Assembly (NCBI RefSeq): GCF_009914755.1
Contig: NC_060933.1
DNA length: 64,000 nt
DNA from: the human T2T-CHM13v2.0 reference genome, Homo sapiens
Reading direction: 5' to 3' (one strand)
Position 1 is the stretch's first letter; every line of letters starts with the position of its first letter. The notes under the pieces are model-generated. The model was not told the origin of the DNA and did not search any database. It saw only the letters and a program-made list of their open reading frames with translations. Position numbers and translations under genes: made by a program. Below are positions 41,516 through 55,325 of this stretch, piece by piece.

Positions 41516-41662
41516 ATATAAACTAATGCACTATCCAGTTTTATTTATGAGAGTCTTTTACTATATAGAAGTTTCTTACTTTTGTTTCGGTTTTGATTTT
41601 TGTCAAAATTATCTTTGCCACTAAGGTTCTACCTTTCATCGATGCCTTAGAAAGATTTTCTG

Positions 41663-41976
41663 GGCCGGGCGCGGTGGCTCACGCCTGTAATCCCAGCGCT
41701 TTGGGAGGCGGAGGTGGGCGGATCACGAGGTCAAGAGATCGAGACCATCCTGGCTAACACGGTGAAACCCCGTCTCTATTAAAAATACAAAAAAATTAGC
41801 CGGCCGTGGTGGCGGGCACCTGTAGTCCCAACTACTTAGGAGGCTGAGGCAGGAGAATGATGAACTCAGGAGGAAGAGCTTGCAGTGAGCCAAGATGGCA
41901 TCACTGCACTCCAGCCTGGGCAACAGAGCGAGACTCCATCTCAAAAAACAAAAACAAAAAGAAAGAAAGAAAGAAA
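41663..41976 (+). mobile_element. Young Alu (AluY/Sc-like) with (GAAA)n tail and TSD agaaagattttct
   Basis: Retains CpGs; has 'ctggctaacacggtgaaaccccg' and 'gagcttgcagtgagc'; the flanking direct repeat is visible. Confidence 0.97.
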
Positions 41977-44014
41977 GAAAGATTTTCTAACACATATTTG
42001 GGGAAAAAAATTGTTTTATTTTTTGTTCCAGTACTTCTATGGTTTTAAAATTTTCTTTAGTCCACATACCCAGTTTAAGTTGTTTAATGGTGTAAGATAA
42101 AATTCTAATTTTAAACTATTTTCCAGATACATAGTTTCCCCAATATCATTTGTGGAAATAACCAATCTGTTCCCTACCACAGTTAATCACTAAATTCCTA
42201 TAGAAATATGTATTTATTTCTTGGTGCTTTCATAAGTTCTGATTTATTTGTAAATATTTACTGTAATTTTGAAATAACGTGTGGAAATTTGGTGTAGTGT
42301 ATTTCCACCATTTTGCTTTTTCAAATTCTACTTTGCTCTTTTTTTTTTTTTTTTTTGGCTATTCTTCTATTCTTCTATATTTATTTCTTTCAACTGAATA
42401 TCAGAATCAATTTACATTAACAAACAATTTGGACACATTCTTGAAATTATACTTCCTATCAATTCACTGAAGGTACAGAAGACTTAAATATTTAAAATAT
42501 TAATTCTTCCCTTTCAGAGACATGGTAGATTTCATAATACATTCAGGTATTCTTCTTTCTCTTTTGTAAAGTTTCATAGTTTTTGGCATATAGTGCTTGT
42601 TGTTGCTTGTTAAATTGAATCCTAGGTGTTTTATAGATTTTGCTCTAATGCTTAATTTACTTTTAAAAGTCTTTTATTGATGCTGTTGTTACAAGCCATT
42701 GAATTGCAAAGAGTTTTATGTATTTTCTGAACATAATATTTCTATTCATAACCATAAAACCACTATTTTTTCAAGATATGAAAAAGAAAATTAACTAGAA
42801 TTATTTGAAATTAACCTTGGCTGCTTGGCAACTTGGATATTTTTCCTATCTCATTTATAACTGAGCCATCAAAATCAACAGTTCCTATTTATTTGCTCCA
42901 TATTTGGATTATCCTTGAAGAATCGTGAAAACTAAAATTTTTCAAGGACTAAGACTAATTTTACATCTTTTCATATCTTAGCTTTACCTTTCATTTAATT
43001 TGCATATTTCTAAAACATAGAAACAGTTATTTGGTACCTTGTTGAAAATATAATTATTGGAGGCAAGCCAGAGCAAGGCAAAATGCATAATTTACATCAT
43101 CTTATCAGCTCTTAAGTAGGACACATGTAATAGGACCCCAGATTACGTTCCATGCAACTGAACATATTGTTGTGCAACATTTTAAGCAAGCTCTCCAAAT
43201 TCTAATCCTAGTGCACTAGTTGTTTCATTATTAAGTGAAATATATCAGTAACATCTTTAACACTTTAATTTGGGGATTTGAACTTAGAAGAGTGAAGCAT
43301 CATGATTGCTCTGACACACAATTCCTGTCATTTAATAAAGACACTCATTATCTTTTGTTGAAAGCAAAACAAAAGAAAAGATTGCCTGGCTACCCAGAAG
43401 TGGAGACTATTTATGAATGAATGGTTCATAGAAGTTTAATTAATATTGTCATGTTACATTTAAAATTTTTATTCAGTACATGTCAAAAACGAATTTTGGG
43501 AAATAAGGCAGAATAGCTAGTGAACATCTTAAAACATTTTACTTATCAGAGGGCACACTATATAAAGGTGCTGAAATAAAGTGGCTACAGGTATGTGCTT
43601 AAAGAACAAAAACTAGAATTTGTCTAATACTTTACAGTTTTTGAAGCATATGTATTGAGTTTCATATTCAGCCGCTCAGTATTTGGATCTGGCTCAGCCT
43701 AGGTCCCTTGGAAACTCTGTGGCACTAATTTGTTCAATGAACATTGTGTTTGCCCTTGCCTACACCCAAGCAGATCTTAGGGTAGATTTTATAGTTATAA
43801 AGAAATGACTGCTTTAAAAAGGGCCTGAGAGGTTTCCTACTTTTCCTTGTTTTTCATTGACCTTATTCCATTTTTTCATTGATTTCCTGTTTCCTGTTCA
43901 TGGTTATAAGAAAGAGCATATTTCTTCCAACTTCCTCCTCTTGGAATAGAAGAAAATAAGACAATTAAAAACATTGGAAGATTTACTTAATTATATATAC
44001 TCTTCCAAGTGACA

Positions 44015-44062
44015 TATATATGTATGTGTGTATGTGTGTGTGTGTGTGTGTGTATACACACA
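44015..44062. repeat. (TA)/(TG)/(CA) compound microsatellite
   Basis: Visible directly. Confidence 0.9.
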
Positions 44063-44094
44063 TAAGATATATATCCTTCCATTAAATCCTTGTG

Positions 44095-44210
44095 ACTATT
44101 TTTATTATCACCATTATTCTAATGAGAAAACTGTGGCTTAGTGAGTTTAAATAACTTAACCCAAATTCATATAATAGTAAATCCTGGAGCCAGAGCTCTG
44201 ACTACAGTAT
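44095..44210 (-). mobile_element. MIR fragment
   Basis: 'atgagaaaactgtggcttagtgagtttaaataacttaacccaa'. Confidence 0.75.
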
Positions 44211-44304
44211 TTATTCTTTGGAGAAAAGTCAGGTGAAAATGGTACCAAATATTTGCCCGGGAGTGCTCTAAACCTTTAACAACTGCGAACTACTTCTGAG
44301 CCAC

Positions 44305-44720
44305 TTATACATTCATTCATTAACATTTATTTTGTGCATATAATATGTGCTAGGCCTTGTTCTAAGCACTGGGGACATAGCAGTGCTGACAGTGCTTACC
44401 TTAAGGGTAGAGAAAAAGACTATTTACATAATGCATTTATATAAATAAGAAATATCAGTGCTTGGAAGAAAAACAATTTTTAGAAACCCAAGGTCATTTG
44501 ATAAAAAGCGACTGGTCTGGGTTGGGGTGGGGAAGCTGTAGACTCAACGATCCGAAAAGAACAATCTCAGTGTGTTTCACTAACAGTAGGAAGGTTTCTG
44601 TGAGTGAAGTTAAGCAAACAAGTGGAAAGAAGAGAAGAAAGGGGTAGGCAGGAGAGAGAACTTCTAGGGCCAAAGACAAGAATAAGGTGTTTGGATTTTA
44701 CTCTAAGTGTGATAGTAAGA
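44305..44720 (-). mobile_element. L2 LINE 3' fragment
   Basis: 'cattcattcattaacattt...tgtgctaggccttgttctaagcactggggacatagcagtg' and 'tttggattttactctaagtgtgat'. Confidence 0.75.
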
Positions 44721-45110
44721 AAATTTATTACATCATGTAAATATGCTTTCCTATGAAAAATATTTTTTTCTCCTCAAGTATTCTAATACTTTTTCCAAGG
44801 TCAACTGCAGGACAAAATAAAATATACCATTTTAAAATAATGTATTTAAAGTATTAAGTTTATGAAGTTTTCCCTAGAACACAGGGGGAAAGGCTACCAT
44901 TTAAAGCAAGATAACTCTGATCCTAACTCAGATTTAAAAGAAAAAAATATGTAGCACTGCCTTCTGGTTGACTACAGTCTGGCTAGTAGACATAAAAATA
45001 TGAATTTCATAGTAACTAGTCTTTTGGCTTACAGATTTGCTCTTATGATCTATTTTAACAGATAAATCAGCATATTTTATTTACCCTATGAATTACACTT
45101 ATTTCTTCCC

Positions 45111-45626
45111 TGTGATAGCCAGAATAATGCCACCCCATAGATGTCACACACTAATCTACAAAAACCTGCAGATACATGAGGTTACATAAAAAGGAAAATT
45201 AAGGTTTCAGATAGCATTAAGGTTGTTAATCATCTGACCTAATAATATTCATATTATTTTTGATGATCCAGTGGGCCATATGGAATTGCAAAGGTCCTTA
45301 TGTGTGGAAGAAGAAATTAGAAAAAGAATGATAGAGATGCTGTGTAAGAAAAATGAGGCCCGACATTGCTGGCTTTTATGATGGAGTAAGGAGACCATTA
45401 CCCAGGAAAGAGGGTGGAAAAGTGGCCTCTAGAAAGTGGAAGAGGAAAAGAAACAGATTTTACCCTAGAGATTCCAGAAAAGAGCATAGGCTTGCAAACA
45501 CCTTGGTTTTAGTCCAATGATGCACTTCTGTTTTACACAAAGCATAAGATAATAAATTTGTCTTGTTTAAGCCAGTAAAGTTGTAGTAACTTGTCACAGC
45601 AGAAAAATGCATAAAAATATTATACC
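45111..45626 (+). mobile_element. MLT1D-like MaLR solo LTR
   Basis: Starts 'tgtgatagccagaataatgccaccc..agatgtc' and ends 'aataaatttgtcttgtttaagcca..aagttgtagtaacttgtcacagcag'. Confidence 0.85.
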
Positions 45627-45629
45627 CTC

Positions 45630-46300
45630 TCATCTAGAATGTAATCACTAATATGGCTTGAATTTTTGTTTCTTGAATTACTGAACTATGCTTAATACCT
45701 AGAACAGTGTTAGGTATTTCCTATAAAGATTTGCCAAACGGATGACTGAATGAATTATACCAACATTCTGCTCAAGACCACTCAATGGCATTTTATTTCA
45801 TTGATTGTAAAAGAAAAAATCCTACAGTTCTACCAAATCTTCACTGCACTCTCTAGTATACTACTTTATTAGTTTTATCTTCTTGTAGATTTCTTTCTGA
45901 ACACTATACCTCAGCAGTAATGAACTCCTTTTAATTTCTCTGGATATTGAGTATGCTCCCATCTCTGAGATGTTGTTCATTCTATTTCCTCTGCCTGGGA
46001 TACTTATTCGCACATATCCCCCTGTCTTTCTGTATCACGTCCTTCAGGCCTTGCACAGCATCCATTTAGCAGTGAAGTCTTCTCTGACCAAACTATTTAG
46101 ATTGTGGCCCCTTGGCACATCCTTTTCCTCTGCTTTATTATTCTCCATTGCCTTATTGCTGTCTGCATATATTCTTATTAATTATTTGCTTATGTCTATT
46201 CCTCATTAGAACATGAACTCCAATAAGGCAATTTTTTTTTCTGTTTCCTTCTCTGATATGCTTGGCATATAGCAGATTTTCAACAGGTATTAATTGAACA
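45630..46300 (+). mobile_element. L2 LINE fragments
   Basis: 'ttcctctgcctggga...attagaacatgaactcca...cttggcatatagcagattttcaacaggtattaattgaa' is an L2 3' end. Confidence 0.7.
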
Positions 46301-47074
46301 GATCATACTGTGCCAACATGGGTCTGTCTTTAAATGCCACATACATGGCTAAAGCACCTCAAAAGATCACTCCTGGAGAGACTGTAATTTATTCAAGAAA
46401 ACAAAGATTGACAGGGTGTAGGTTAGAGTCTGAAATCTGCAGCACTGCTCAGCAACGGTCAATTGAAAGGGAGCCAAAATGTCTGCAGAAATACATTAAT
46501 AAAGACTTTAAATGTTAATATTGTTTTCTGAGTAAGAGCATAAACAAAGATTAAGACTTTAAAGTAATTTTAGTGAAACAAGAACCAAGCAATTCAGTAA
46601 AGATTACATGAGGCAAGAGAATCAAGAGGCACAATAGTGAACCAGAAAAAGCAAGGCCGTGTGCTTAGCCACCTAAGTTACATGTTACCTGGGTTCTCTG
46701 ATAGGAAAGGAATAGATAGTGATAGAAGAAGCCATTGCACATCTATTTTGGTTTATATAGCACAAGGCTGAAATGTACATTGTTGTTCCCATTTCCGAGA
46801 ACATAATAAGCAGCTTTCATCAAATTGTATTGGTATCGTCACAAAATCCCAAGCCCCTTTGAATGAGACATTGAGATTATCTGGAAAAATGCACAATATT
46901 ACTGATGAGGCAAGATCCTACTGCTCAAATTTCACTGACTTAAATAGGACATCATCTTGTCAGAATTCAGCCCCTGCGAGTCCAGGTAAGCCCTACAACA
47001 CACTAACCATACTCTCTGTCAGTACTATTATCTGTAACATTATTACAATGTACAGCAACCAGTCTTCCACTTGT

Positions 47075-47960
47075 TCTATAGGGGAGGCAAAACTTTACTT
47101 CTACTCTTGTAGGGTCCTGACTGGGCCTGAGAATTAAATTGACATAAGCTAGAGCAACATGAGAAAAGCATACAATTTAATATGAGCATTATGTGATAAA
47201 ACGTATTAGTCTGTTCTTGCATTGTTATAAAGAACCACCTGACACTACGTAATTTATAAAAAGAAAAAAAAAGAGGTTTAATTGGCTCACAGTTCTGCAT
47301 GCTGTACAGGAAGCATGCCTGAGGAAGCCTCAGAAAACTTACAGTCATGGTGGAAGGTACAGAGGAAGGAGGCACATTTTACATGGCCCGAGCAGAAGGA
47401 AGAGAGAGAGAAGGGGGAAGTGCTACACACTTTTATAGACAACCAGATCTTGTGAGAACTCATTCAATATTACAAGAATAGCAAGGGGGATTTCTATGAT
47501 CCAATCACCTCTCACCAGGCCCCTCTTCCAACACTGGGGATTACAATCTGATATGAGATTTAGGTGGGGACACAGTCCCAAGCCATATCACATGGAAAGA
47601 CTCATAAGGAAATAAAGATTCAAAGAAGTGGCAAAACCTAAAGGTTTTATATTAGTTTGGACAAAGAGAGACAATTGTTTAAAAGTAATTGTATTATCTG
47701 GGGACACTAAAGGAAGAAAAAAATTACTTTAACACTATCTTTACAGATTCTCTCATAGATGACTCCCCAGGAAAGAATGTTTCTTTTCTTCTGGTACAGG
47801 GAGAGCATCTTTCACTTGAGAGTTTTTATCTCCAGGTTTCAGGAAGAAAGGAGAGATTAGAATGCCCTTTTTGCATTTGATCTTTTTCAGGTGCCTTTAG
47901 GTCAAAGTAATCCTTATATCAAATTTGCGTATTTTGAGGAACATATTCTGCTACCCTTCA
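47075..47960 (-). mobile_element. ERV1 LTR of the MER34/MER39 group, split by a nested MST LTR
   Basis: The right end read in reverse is 'tgaagggtagcagaatatg...caaaatacgc...ataaggattactttgacctaaaggcac', typical of MER34/39 5' ends. Confidence 0.65.
47202..47590 (-). mobile_element. MST (MaLR) solo LTR
   Basis: Clearly homologous to the LTR at 29985-30414 (aacaaccagatct, ccaacactggggattacaat, ccatatca). Confidence 0.92.
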
Positions 47961-48205
47961 GTTTCAAATGCAGAGCATGGCTGTGCCAACAAGGGAATCC
48001 CTGAAGTTTCTTTTGCCACCTAAAAAGAAAGAGAACATACTCAAACTGCTTTCCATGTTTCCTGCCACAAACAGAGCTTTGGATACTGAGATTTAATGGG
48101 CTGTGAGGAGGGGGGTGTGTGTGCCTTCTTGAAGAGGCTGAAGTTTAGATTAACCATTAACATAGTAAGCAGATGTTCATTGACAGGAGAGATGAGTGGG
48201 AGCTG

Positions 48206-48380
48206 TTTATTATTATTATTATTATTATTATTATACTTTGAGTTCTAGGGTACATGTGCACAACATGCAGGTTTGTTGCATATGTATACATGTGCCATGT
48301 TGGTGTGCTGCACCCATTAACTCATCATTCACATTAGATATATCTCCTAATGCTATCCCTCCCCCCTCCCCCGACCCCAC
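48206..48380 (-). mobile_element. Short 5'-truncated primate L1PA 3' end with (TAT)n tail
   Basis: 'tatactttgagttctagggtacatgtgcacaacatgcaggtttgtt...cctaatgctatccctcccccctcccc' is the L1PA 3' UTR in reverse. Confidence 0.95.
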
Positions 48381-48649
48381 GCTGATCCTTCTCAGATGGT
48401 GTTCTCAGCTCACTAGTACGTTTTTATCGAATACCAATAAATTAACCTTCTTGTTTCGGTTGTTCTAAAGTATGTCCACACAGTTCTCCCTATTTATGCC
48501 TTTATTTTCATCCTTCGCTGGAGTTGGGCTGACATAATCCCGTTAAATCAAGATATCAGAACAGATGGATTCTATCTGTGTTAGACTGGTTTTCCTTCTT
48601 CTTCTTTGCATTTGTCATGTCCAATTATTTTTGTACCCACCTAACAGCA

Positions 48650-48870
48650 ATATTATAACAACTAGCATTTATATCACTATATACAATGGGCACAATAGCA
48701 TTTCATAAGCTGCTTTTGGTTTAAAATTTGCAATAACTTTGTGAGGTAGGTCACTAGCCGCATTTTGCAGATAATTAAAATAAGAGGTAGGTAATTTTCT
48801 TAAATTATAAATTTCAAATGGCAAGAAAAACATTTAAACTTGTATTTTAGGACCCCAAATCAATGATTTT
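48650..48870 (-). mobile_element. MIR fragment
   Basis: 'caataactttgtgaggtagg...cattttgcagat'. Confidence 0.7.
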
Positions 48871-50176
48871 ATATTAATTGAAAATATACCTTTTTGATTT
48901 GTTAAATGTCTGTAGAACAGAAGCAAAAAAACTATATTTTTTACGTTGCATTTACTTCTTCTCTAGTCAAAAGTAACAGAGATAAAGCTAAATAAAGATG
49001 ATTATTGGTATTATGCATATTAAACTCATTTTTTAAGCCCATTAAAAGGAAGGCAAAAGGACCAGTTGTTTAGTATATTATGGTTTGTGTTTACTCTGTC
49101 AATATAATCATGAAATACAAATAAATATTTATTGAGCATGAGAAAGGAAGCATCAGTTTGCTAATCCCCTCCCCCTACAATGAAACTATTTTGAACAAAG
49201 ATACTTGAAAATAAGTCACATTTTGAAAGGACACATAAAGTACACATTCCTAATCAAACAAAACTTTACACTGATTTTCTTTTTCCTTCAAAGGGACTGA
49301 AGTTGTAAGGATGTGAAAGTAGAATTAATTTTGTTTCGTCGAGTTATTGACTCCTAGGTCGATAGCGTTTTAATATCCATCATATTCAGACTATCTAAAC
49401 TGGATACCTAAATTTCCTCTGGGAATTTCTTCTTTTCTTTTGTTTTCTTTTTTTAGAATTTAGTAAAGGAAATCTTTTAGATTCATTTATCTGAAACAAA
49501 CACACTGTTGGACTTTAAATAACTGAAGAAGAAGCATATTTCAAACAAATCTTTCAGCAATATGATTTCCAAATCTAAAATTTGCTCTGGTTTATAGCTT
49601 AGACTTACAGTCAGCTAAGATACTCAGGTTTTTTAGCCTTAATCTAAATTTAAATAAAGGTTACATTAATTTCCATCTTGCAATTCTTCCTTTTCTTCAT
49701 ATTGGTCTTTTCAAAATGTCACTTAATTTTGAACCTCATTATTTTTCCACTATTTTTCCTAATAACTACAGTTTCTCATCAATAGAGGGTTTCCAGATTT
49801 TCTAAAATTTCTTCATAACACTAATGTCGAATAAACTCAGTACAAAAAATTGTTATAGTAATAGCCTTTAAAATATGGGTCTTACATGAAGAAAAATACA
49901 TCTAGTGTGAATAAACTTTTAAAATTATTTTTATCCACAAAATCTGTAAGAATACCAGGTACCTATTTTGGCAAATACAAGTTTGATTCACACTTAACTC
50001 CTCCACTCTGGTTTAAATGTCACTTTTAACTTGTTCAACATTGCTCAACTAACATGAATAAAACATCTTATATTATATAATAATTCCTGTTTTGTCAGGT
50101 AACCTTAAATGTTCTCTTAAGCTTTTTACTTGCCCGATAATATCAGTTCAGAATTGATGTCAACATTGTAAATGAT

Positions 50177-50248
50177 TATTTTAGCTATTCTTATACATAA
50201 CTTTTCTATCATCTATAGTAACATAATTTAAGTGGTTACTAAAGTACA
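50177..50248. repeat. Copy 1 of a 72-bp dispersed direct duplication
   Basis: 66/72 identical to 51837-51908 by manual alignment. Confidence 0.92.
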
Positions 50249-50289
50249 TCTTTTTATTAAAGGCTTATAAAAAACACAAAGAGAGCTGT

Positions 50290-50510
50290 AATAATAACAA
50301 TCACAATATGGCTTTAATTTTAAGAGCGATTTAATATCCATTATGTCATTTGACATTCTCAATAATCCAGTAGTTAAAGGGCCAGTTATTATCCCTCTTT
50401 TATACAGAAGAAAACCGGGACTCGTAAAGTTTAAGTGACAAGTCCAAGGTCATTTTGCTAATATGTGGAAATGCAGTCATGAAGGTCAGTGCTTTTTCTA
50501 TTCCACAAAA
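50290..50510 (-). mobile_element. MIR fragment
   Basis: 'ttttatacagaagaaaaccgggactcgtaaagtttaagtgacaagtccaaggtca'. Confidence 0.7.
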
Positions 50511-51836
50511 AAGCAACACTGCTTTGATACAACTTTGAACGTTGATGAAGGAAAAAATATTTTCTTATTGCTATATATAAGAAGCAAAATGCAGCATTTT
50601 TACTGTAGCTCTGAAACAGAGTTAATTGGCTTTGTGCATTTCGATGGTGCTTATAGCGTATATCTTATTTATGAAGGAAAAAAACACATTTCGTTCCTAA
50701 CAGTTCTGAAAATAAATACAAATTGTATTGAAAGCAAATACATAAAAGAAGTAATGGCATGTTAGGGGCTTTTGTTGTTGTTTTTAAATGAAATTTTAGA
50801 AGATAAAAATTATCCAGATGGTTTTGTTCCATGAAAAGTATCTTGAAATGCTGTCCATTATAAATCCTTTATCCTTATTGCAGCTTTTTTTTTTAAGATA
50901 CACACATATCAGAGAAGACAGCATAGACAAAGACTGATTTCTTAAAATTAAACCGATTAACAATTACTTTGTTAGGTTAATATAATGTGTTGCAATTTAT
51001 TCATTAAGTGGCTTATAAAGCTCAAGTGTTCAATTTTTGGCACTCCACTTTAATATTAGCTATGCCACCTTAGTAATCATTTACCCAAAGACCATTTCCA
51101 ACACACATCTGAAGAAGGTCATGATAATTCTAGTAAAACACCCACCAGCATTGCCAGGCTAACCATCCATCTGATCCTTTAGAGCCAAGTAAAAAAATAT
51201 TAAATCCAAAAGTTCTGTATCAAAACATATTATTAGTCTGCCAGAATTTTGGTAACTTGAAATAAATTAGGGGAAAGAACACACATTCATACTAAACTTA
51301 AACCATTTACAACTCTTGAAATAAAAGTTTTTTTATTTTTCCCTAAACTTTCTGACAATTTAGATATTTATGCTCTCCTAAATTTCTATAAAAGTCTAAG
51401 AATATTTCCTTGATTTATATATTTCCTTTATGTAATCCTGGAAATATTAAATAATCTCTTTATACACCATAACTTACATTTTAAGCAGTCTTTTTTTTAA
51501 AATATCCTATCAATATTCAATGTGTTGAGTGATGAACATTTATACATGAGAAATTTGTAAGGTTCCAAAATTTCAATTATTTAGTTAAAACAGATCATAT
51601 ATTCTCATAAACTGGAAAGGTGGCATATGACCTTCTTATATATTAATCTTCTTAACTATAATGGAAGGCTCTGACATTTTAGGCTATAAAAGTGTGGCTC
51701 ACTACCTCTACAGTATGGACAATCATCTTGCCTCTCTGAAAATGTTCCTTCTGATTGTGTTTAAAATAAGGTCATTTTAAGAAGCAAATGCTTTCTACTC
51801 CCTCTATTCACTTTATGGACACCCATTTATAGTAGC

Positions 51837-51908
51837 TATTTTAGCTATTCTTATATATAACTTTTCTGTCATCTATAGTAACATAATTTCAGTGGCTACC
51901 TAAGTACA
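51837..51908. repeat. Copy 2 of the 72-bp dispersed direct duplication
   Basis: Same orientation, 1660 bp downstream of copy 1. Confidence 0.92.
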
Positions 51909-54900
51909 GATTGTAGTAATATTGTATAAAAGAAATTTCCAGATATTGAAAAAGATAAAACATTATAATCCTGAGAAAAAAAATTACAAAGACAAAAAGA
52001 GGGGTAGGAAGGTTTCCATCTAGGAAAAGATGGTAAGTAATTACAAACAGTGTTATGTATTTTCAAATCTGAATTATATGTAAAAAAAATGCAGTCAGAA
52101 GAAGCAAATTTGCAGAGAATATATTTGAGTTGCAGTACTTCAAACGCAAGCATGTTTCCTATTATACGTACAATTTACATGTAAACTTTATGTGGTAAAA
52201 TTTAGTTAGCATGTATGATATCTTACTATATTACACACAATAAACCAGAAAAGTAGTTGTTATTATTATCTCCATTTTGTTGGTAAGATAACTAAAACTA
52301 AGGATCAATTAATTTTCCCAAGTCAGAATTCAAAGTGAGGGGTGTTTAACTCCTAGATGAGTATTCCTCCCACTATATTGTTTGAAAGGACATTCTATAA
52401 CTTGTTTGCCTGTTCATCAACAACTAACCAGAATATAGCCTACAAGATTCATTTTTATTCATATGTGCAAAATGCATTTCATGTATGTGTCATAAACTCA
52501 AATGACCTTATTTTATACCATTTCATTCTCTATTGATTGGTTTTACAGAAAATGTAAACACTTCGCAAAGATGTACGGTTATCTCTTTTCTGTAATAGTG
52601 TACTTTACGAACATAGAAGACATAAAGGCAACTCACAAAAAAAGTTATTTAAAACGTTAAAGTCAATGAATAAGACCTTTGTCCAAAAAGTTATGTGGAA
52701 TACTGTGGAATACATATCTAGGAATGATCCAGTAACAACATGAAGTAAGTTAGGATAGTAACATATGGACGAGGTATACATACAAAGCCAGGTGTCCACC
52801 ACAGACTCCCATGTGAATAAGGGTGACTGACACTACATAGCCTGGAAACCCCAGGGACTAAAGATGGGAAGGGATGGCAGCAACTGGGTGCCAGTTTCCT
52901 CTTTCTGTGCCAATAATTCAGAGCAGAGAGACTGATAGACCTTGTGTGTATATGTATATATGCACACACACATATCATATGTGTACACACACATATATTA
53001 TATCTGTGTATGGGTGTGTGTATTTATAAAGACAAACATGCATTCAAATGTTGAAAAGATAGGTTGTATAAATAACCAATTATTTAGAAATTGGGAGTCT
53101 TTTGGCTATTTATTCATTTTGGTAAATATCCAGATCCCACTCTGTAGTAAAATGTAACAAAAATAAAAATGTCATCAGGCTCTTTAGTATTGGAAAGAAC
53201 ATGGCATATAAGAACAATGGAGTTGTTTGCTTAATGTATGTGCACTTTGGTTCTTTTGTACATAGAGGAGGATTTCATTATATACACTAGATCACATAAT
53301 TACAAATAGAATATAGAATCAGATTATGTGGATCTAGCTCTAGCAGTGAAACTACTTGACTTTAGAGCCAATTTCAATTTCCTTGTTTCTAAAATAAAAG
53401 TAATTAATATTCATTTTTCAAAGAATAATTAGAGGATTGAATTAGACAATGTACAATATATGCTCAGCAAATGTAAACCTATAGTTTGTATTCATACATA
53501 ATAACAAATGTTCTTAAAATTTTTTTACTACCACTCAAAAAAAAAATCATTCTTAGGTACATTTGGGAAAACTTAAACATAAAAAATAAAAAAGAAGTTT
53601 AAAACTTTTGCTTGCACTTATTATTTTTGACTATTTCTATCATTTTTAGCAAGATTATTACGACTCACACATTTTCTAGAATGCAAATCTCAAAATCCAA
53701 ACATATTTATAAATGTTATGTTTGTTTAATAAATATATATGTTTAATATTGCTGATGGGCCTTTCTGAGAGCTTATTGAACACTGTAGTTAATTTTCAAG
53801 TATAACAAGGCAAAAAGATCAAGGGTTTTCATAAGAAATTAGCTCATTTTGTCTGCAAAAAATACAAAAAAGTAGCTCCTTCAAAAATTAGAATATGATT
53901 CCAAAGAGCATCTAAATTTAGAAAGGCTTATCTTACCTGAACTTTCAAACCTGTTGAAAATTCCTCATGAGGATCTTTCATTCTCTCATTATTTCTCTAT
54001 CTTTGAAATATTGATACTTGCTCTCTCAGTTTTCTTTCATTTTATTTCATCAAGGGTTGCATACTTCATTTTCCTCTTTATATGAACTTCAAATATATCT
54101 TCTATTTATCCTTCAGCAGCATGGCTCATCTTCTTAACTACAGTGACAATAAACCTGAAAAATTACTGAGGAAATACGCCTTATTTCAAAACAAAATGAG
54201 CTTTTCACCCAAAAGCCCCTGATTATATCTCTCCTTTAGATATTTTAAAAATGTGTTCTTATGTACTTCAATGTAGCATATTTGCCCTTGGAATAACTTT
54301 TTACCTTTTTTATTATATTCAGTCCATATAAAATATGGTAGTCAGAGTTGAAATTAACTAAGAAAATTTAAAACACAAGCAAGCAGAGAAAAAAATATGT
54401 TATTGCATCACTATATCAATTTATTTTACAAAAGTTCTGTCTCTCCAACTTTCGTTAAAATTATCCATTGTTGATTTGGAGGGTGGAGAACAGTGGTTGA
54501 TGGAGAAAAATAACTGCCTTTTAAACACAGGCTAAAAACTGGCCTGCTGAATATCTGAATCAATTAAAAAACCTGGCTAACTGCAGAGGCTTATGCTACT
54601 GTCTTGTTGGCTGGGCAGGTGAGACCTTATACCTCATGCTTTTAGATTTGCCTGTTCAGTTGAAAATGCCTATCTTCTTCTACAGAAAAAAAAAAAAGAT
54701 TTTTTAAAAAATCATAGTTATTTATATGCCGCAAGATGAGCCCAATTAAATTAGTCATATTCTGGTTTAAAATAGCATAATAAATTCAGGGGTCTCAACC
54801 TATGTTGCTAACATTTTATGTATTTCCAGCGAGAGAGCTGAGCTAGACAATGACACTAAGTACCTGTGTAATTTTAAATAAATCACTTAACTTTTCTGAA

Positions 54901-55034
54901 CCTTGTTACTTCAGTATTACACAGGTTCCTCTCTACCCTCAATTTAAGATTATAAAGTAGATGAAAGATTATAGAATTTACTTTTTCATCTTTTAATAAA
55001 AAGCATAAAATTTTACCTATTAAAAAGTATTAAA

Positions 55035-55325
55035 GGCCAGGCACAGTAGCTTACGCCTGTAATCTCAGCACTTTGGGAGGCTGAGGCAGGAGGTTCATTT
55101 GAGGTCAGGAGCTCACAACCAGCCTGAGTAACATAAGTGAGATCCCATTTTGAAAAAATTAAAAAAATAAAACATTAGCCGGCCGGTGTGGTGCACACTT
55201 GTGGTCCCAGCTACTCGAGAGGCTGAGGTGGATCACTTGAGCCCAGAGATAGACGTTGCAGTATGCTGTGATCACACCACTGCACTTCAGTCTGGCAACA
55301 AAGCAAGACTCAATCTCAATTAAAA
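55035..55325 (+). mobile_element. AluJ-type SINE
   Basis: Diverged Alu with 'ggatcacttgagcccag' and 'tgtgatcacaccactgcac'. Confidence 0.93.

Larger units (their letters stand above)
40240..42780 (-). mobile_element. Fragmented ancient L1M(E/C) LINE, interrupted by an LTR and an Alu
   Basis: T-rich L1-antisense motifs such as 'ttttccagatacatagtttccccaatatcatttgtggaa' and 'gttaaattgaatcctaggtgtttt'. Boundaries approximate. Confidence 0.6.
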
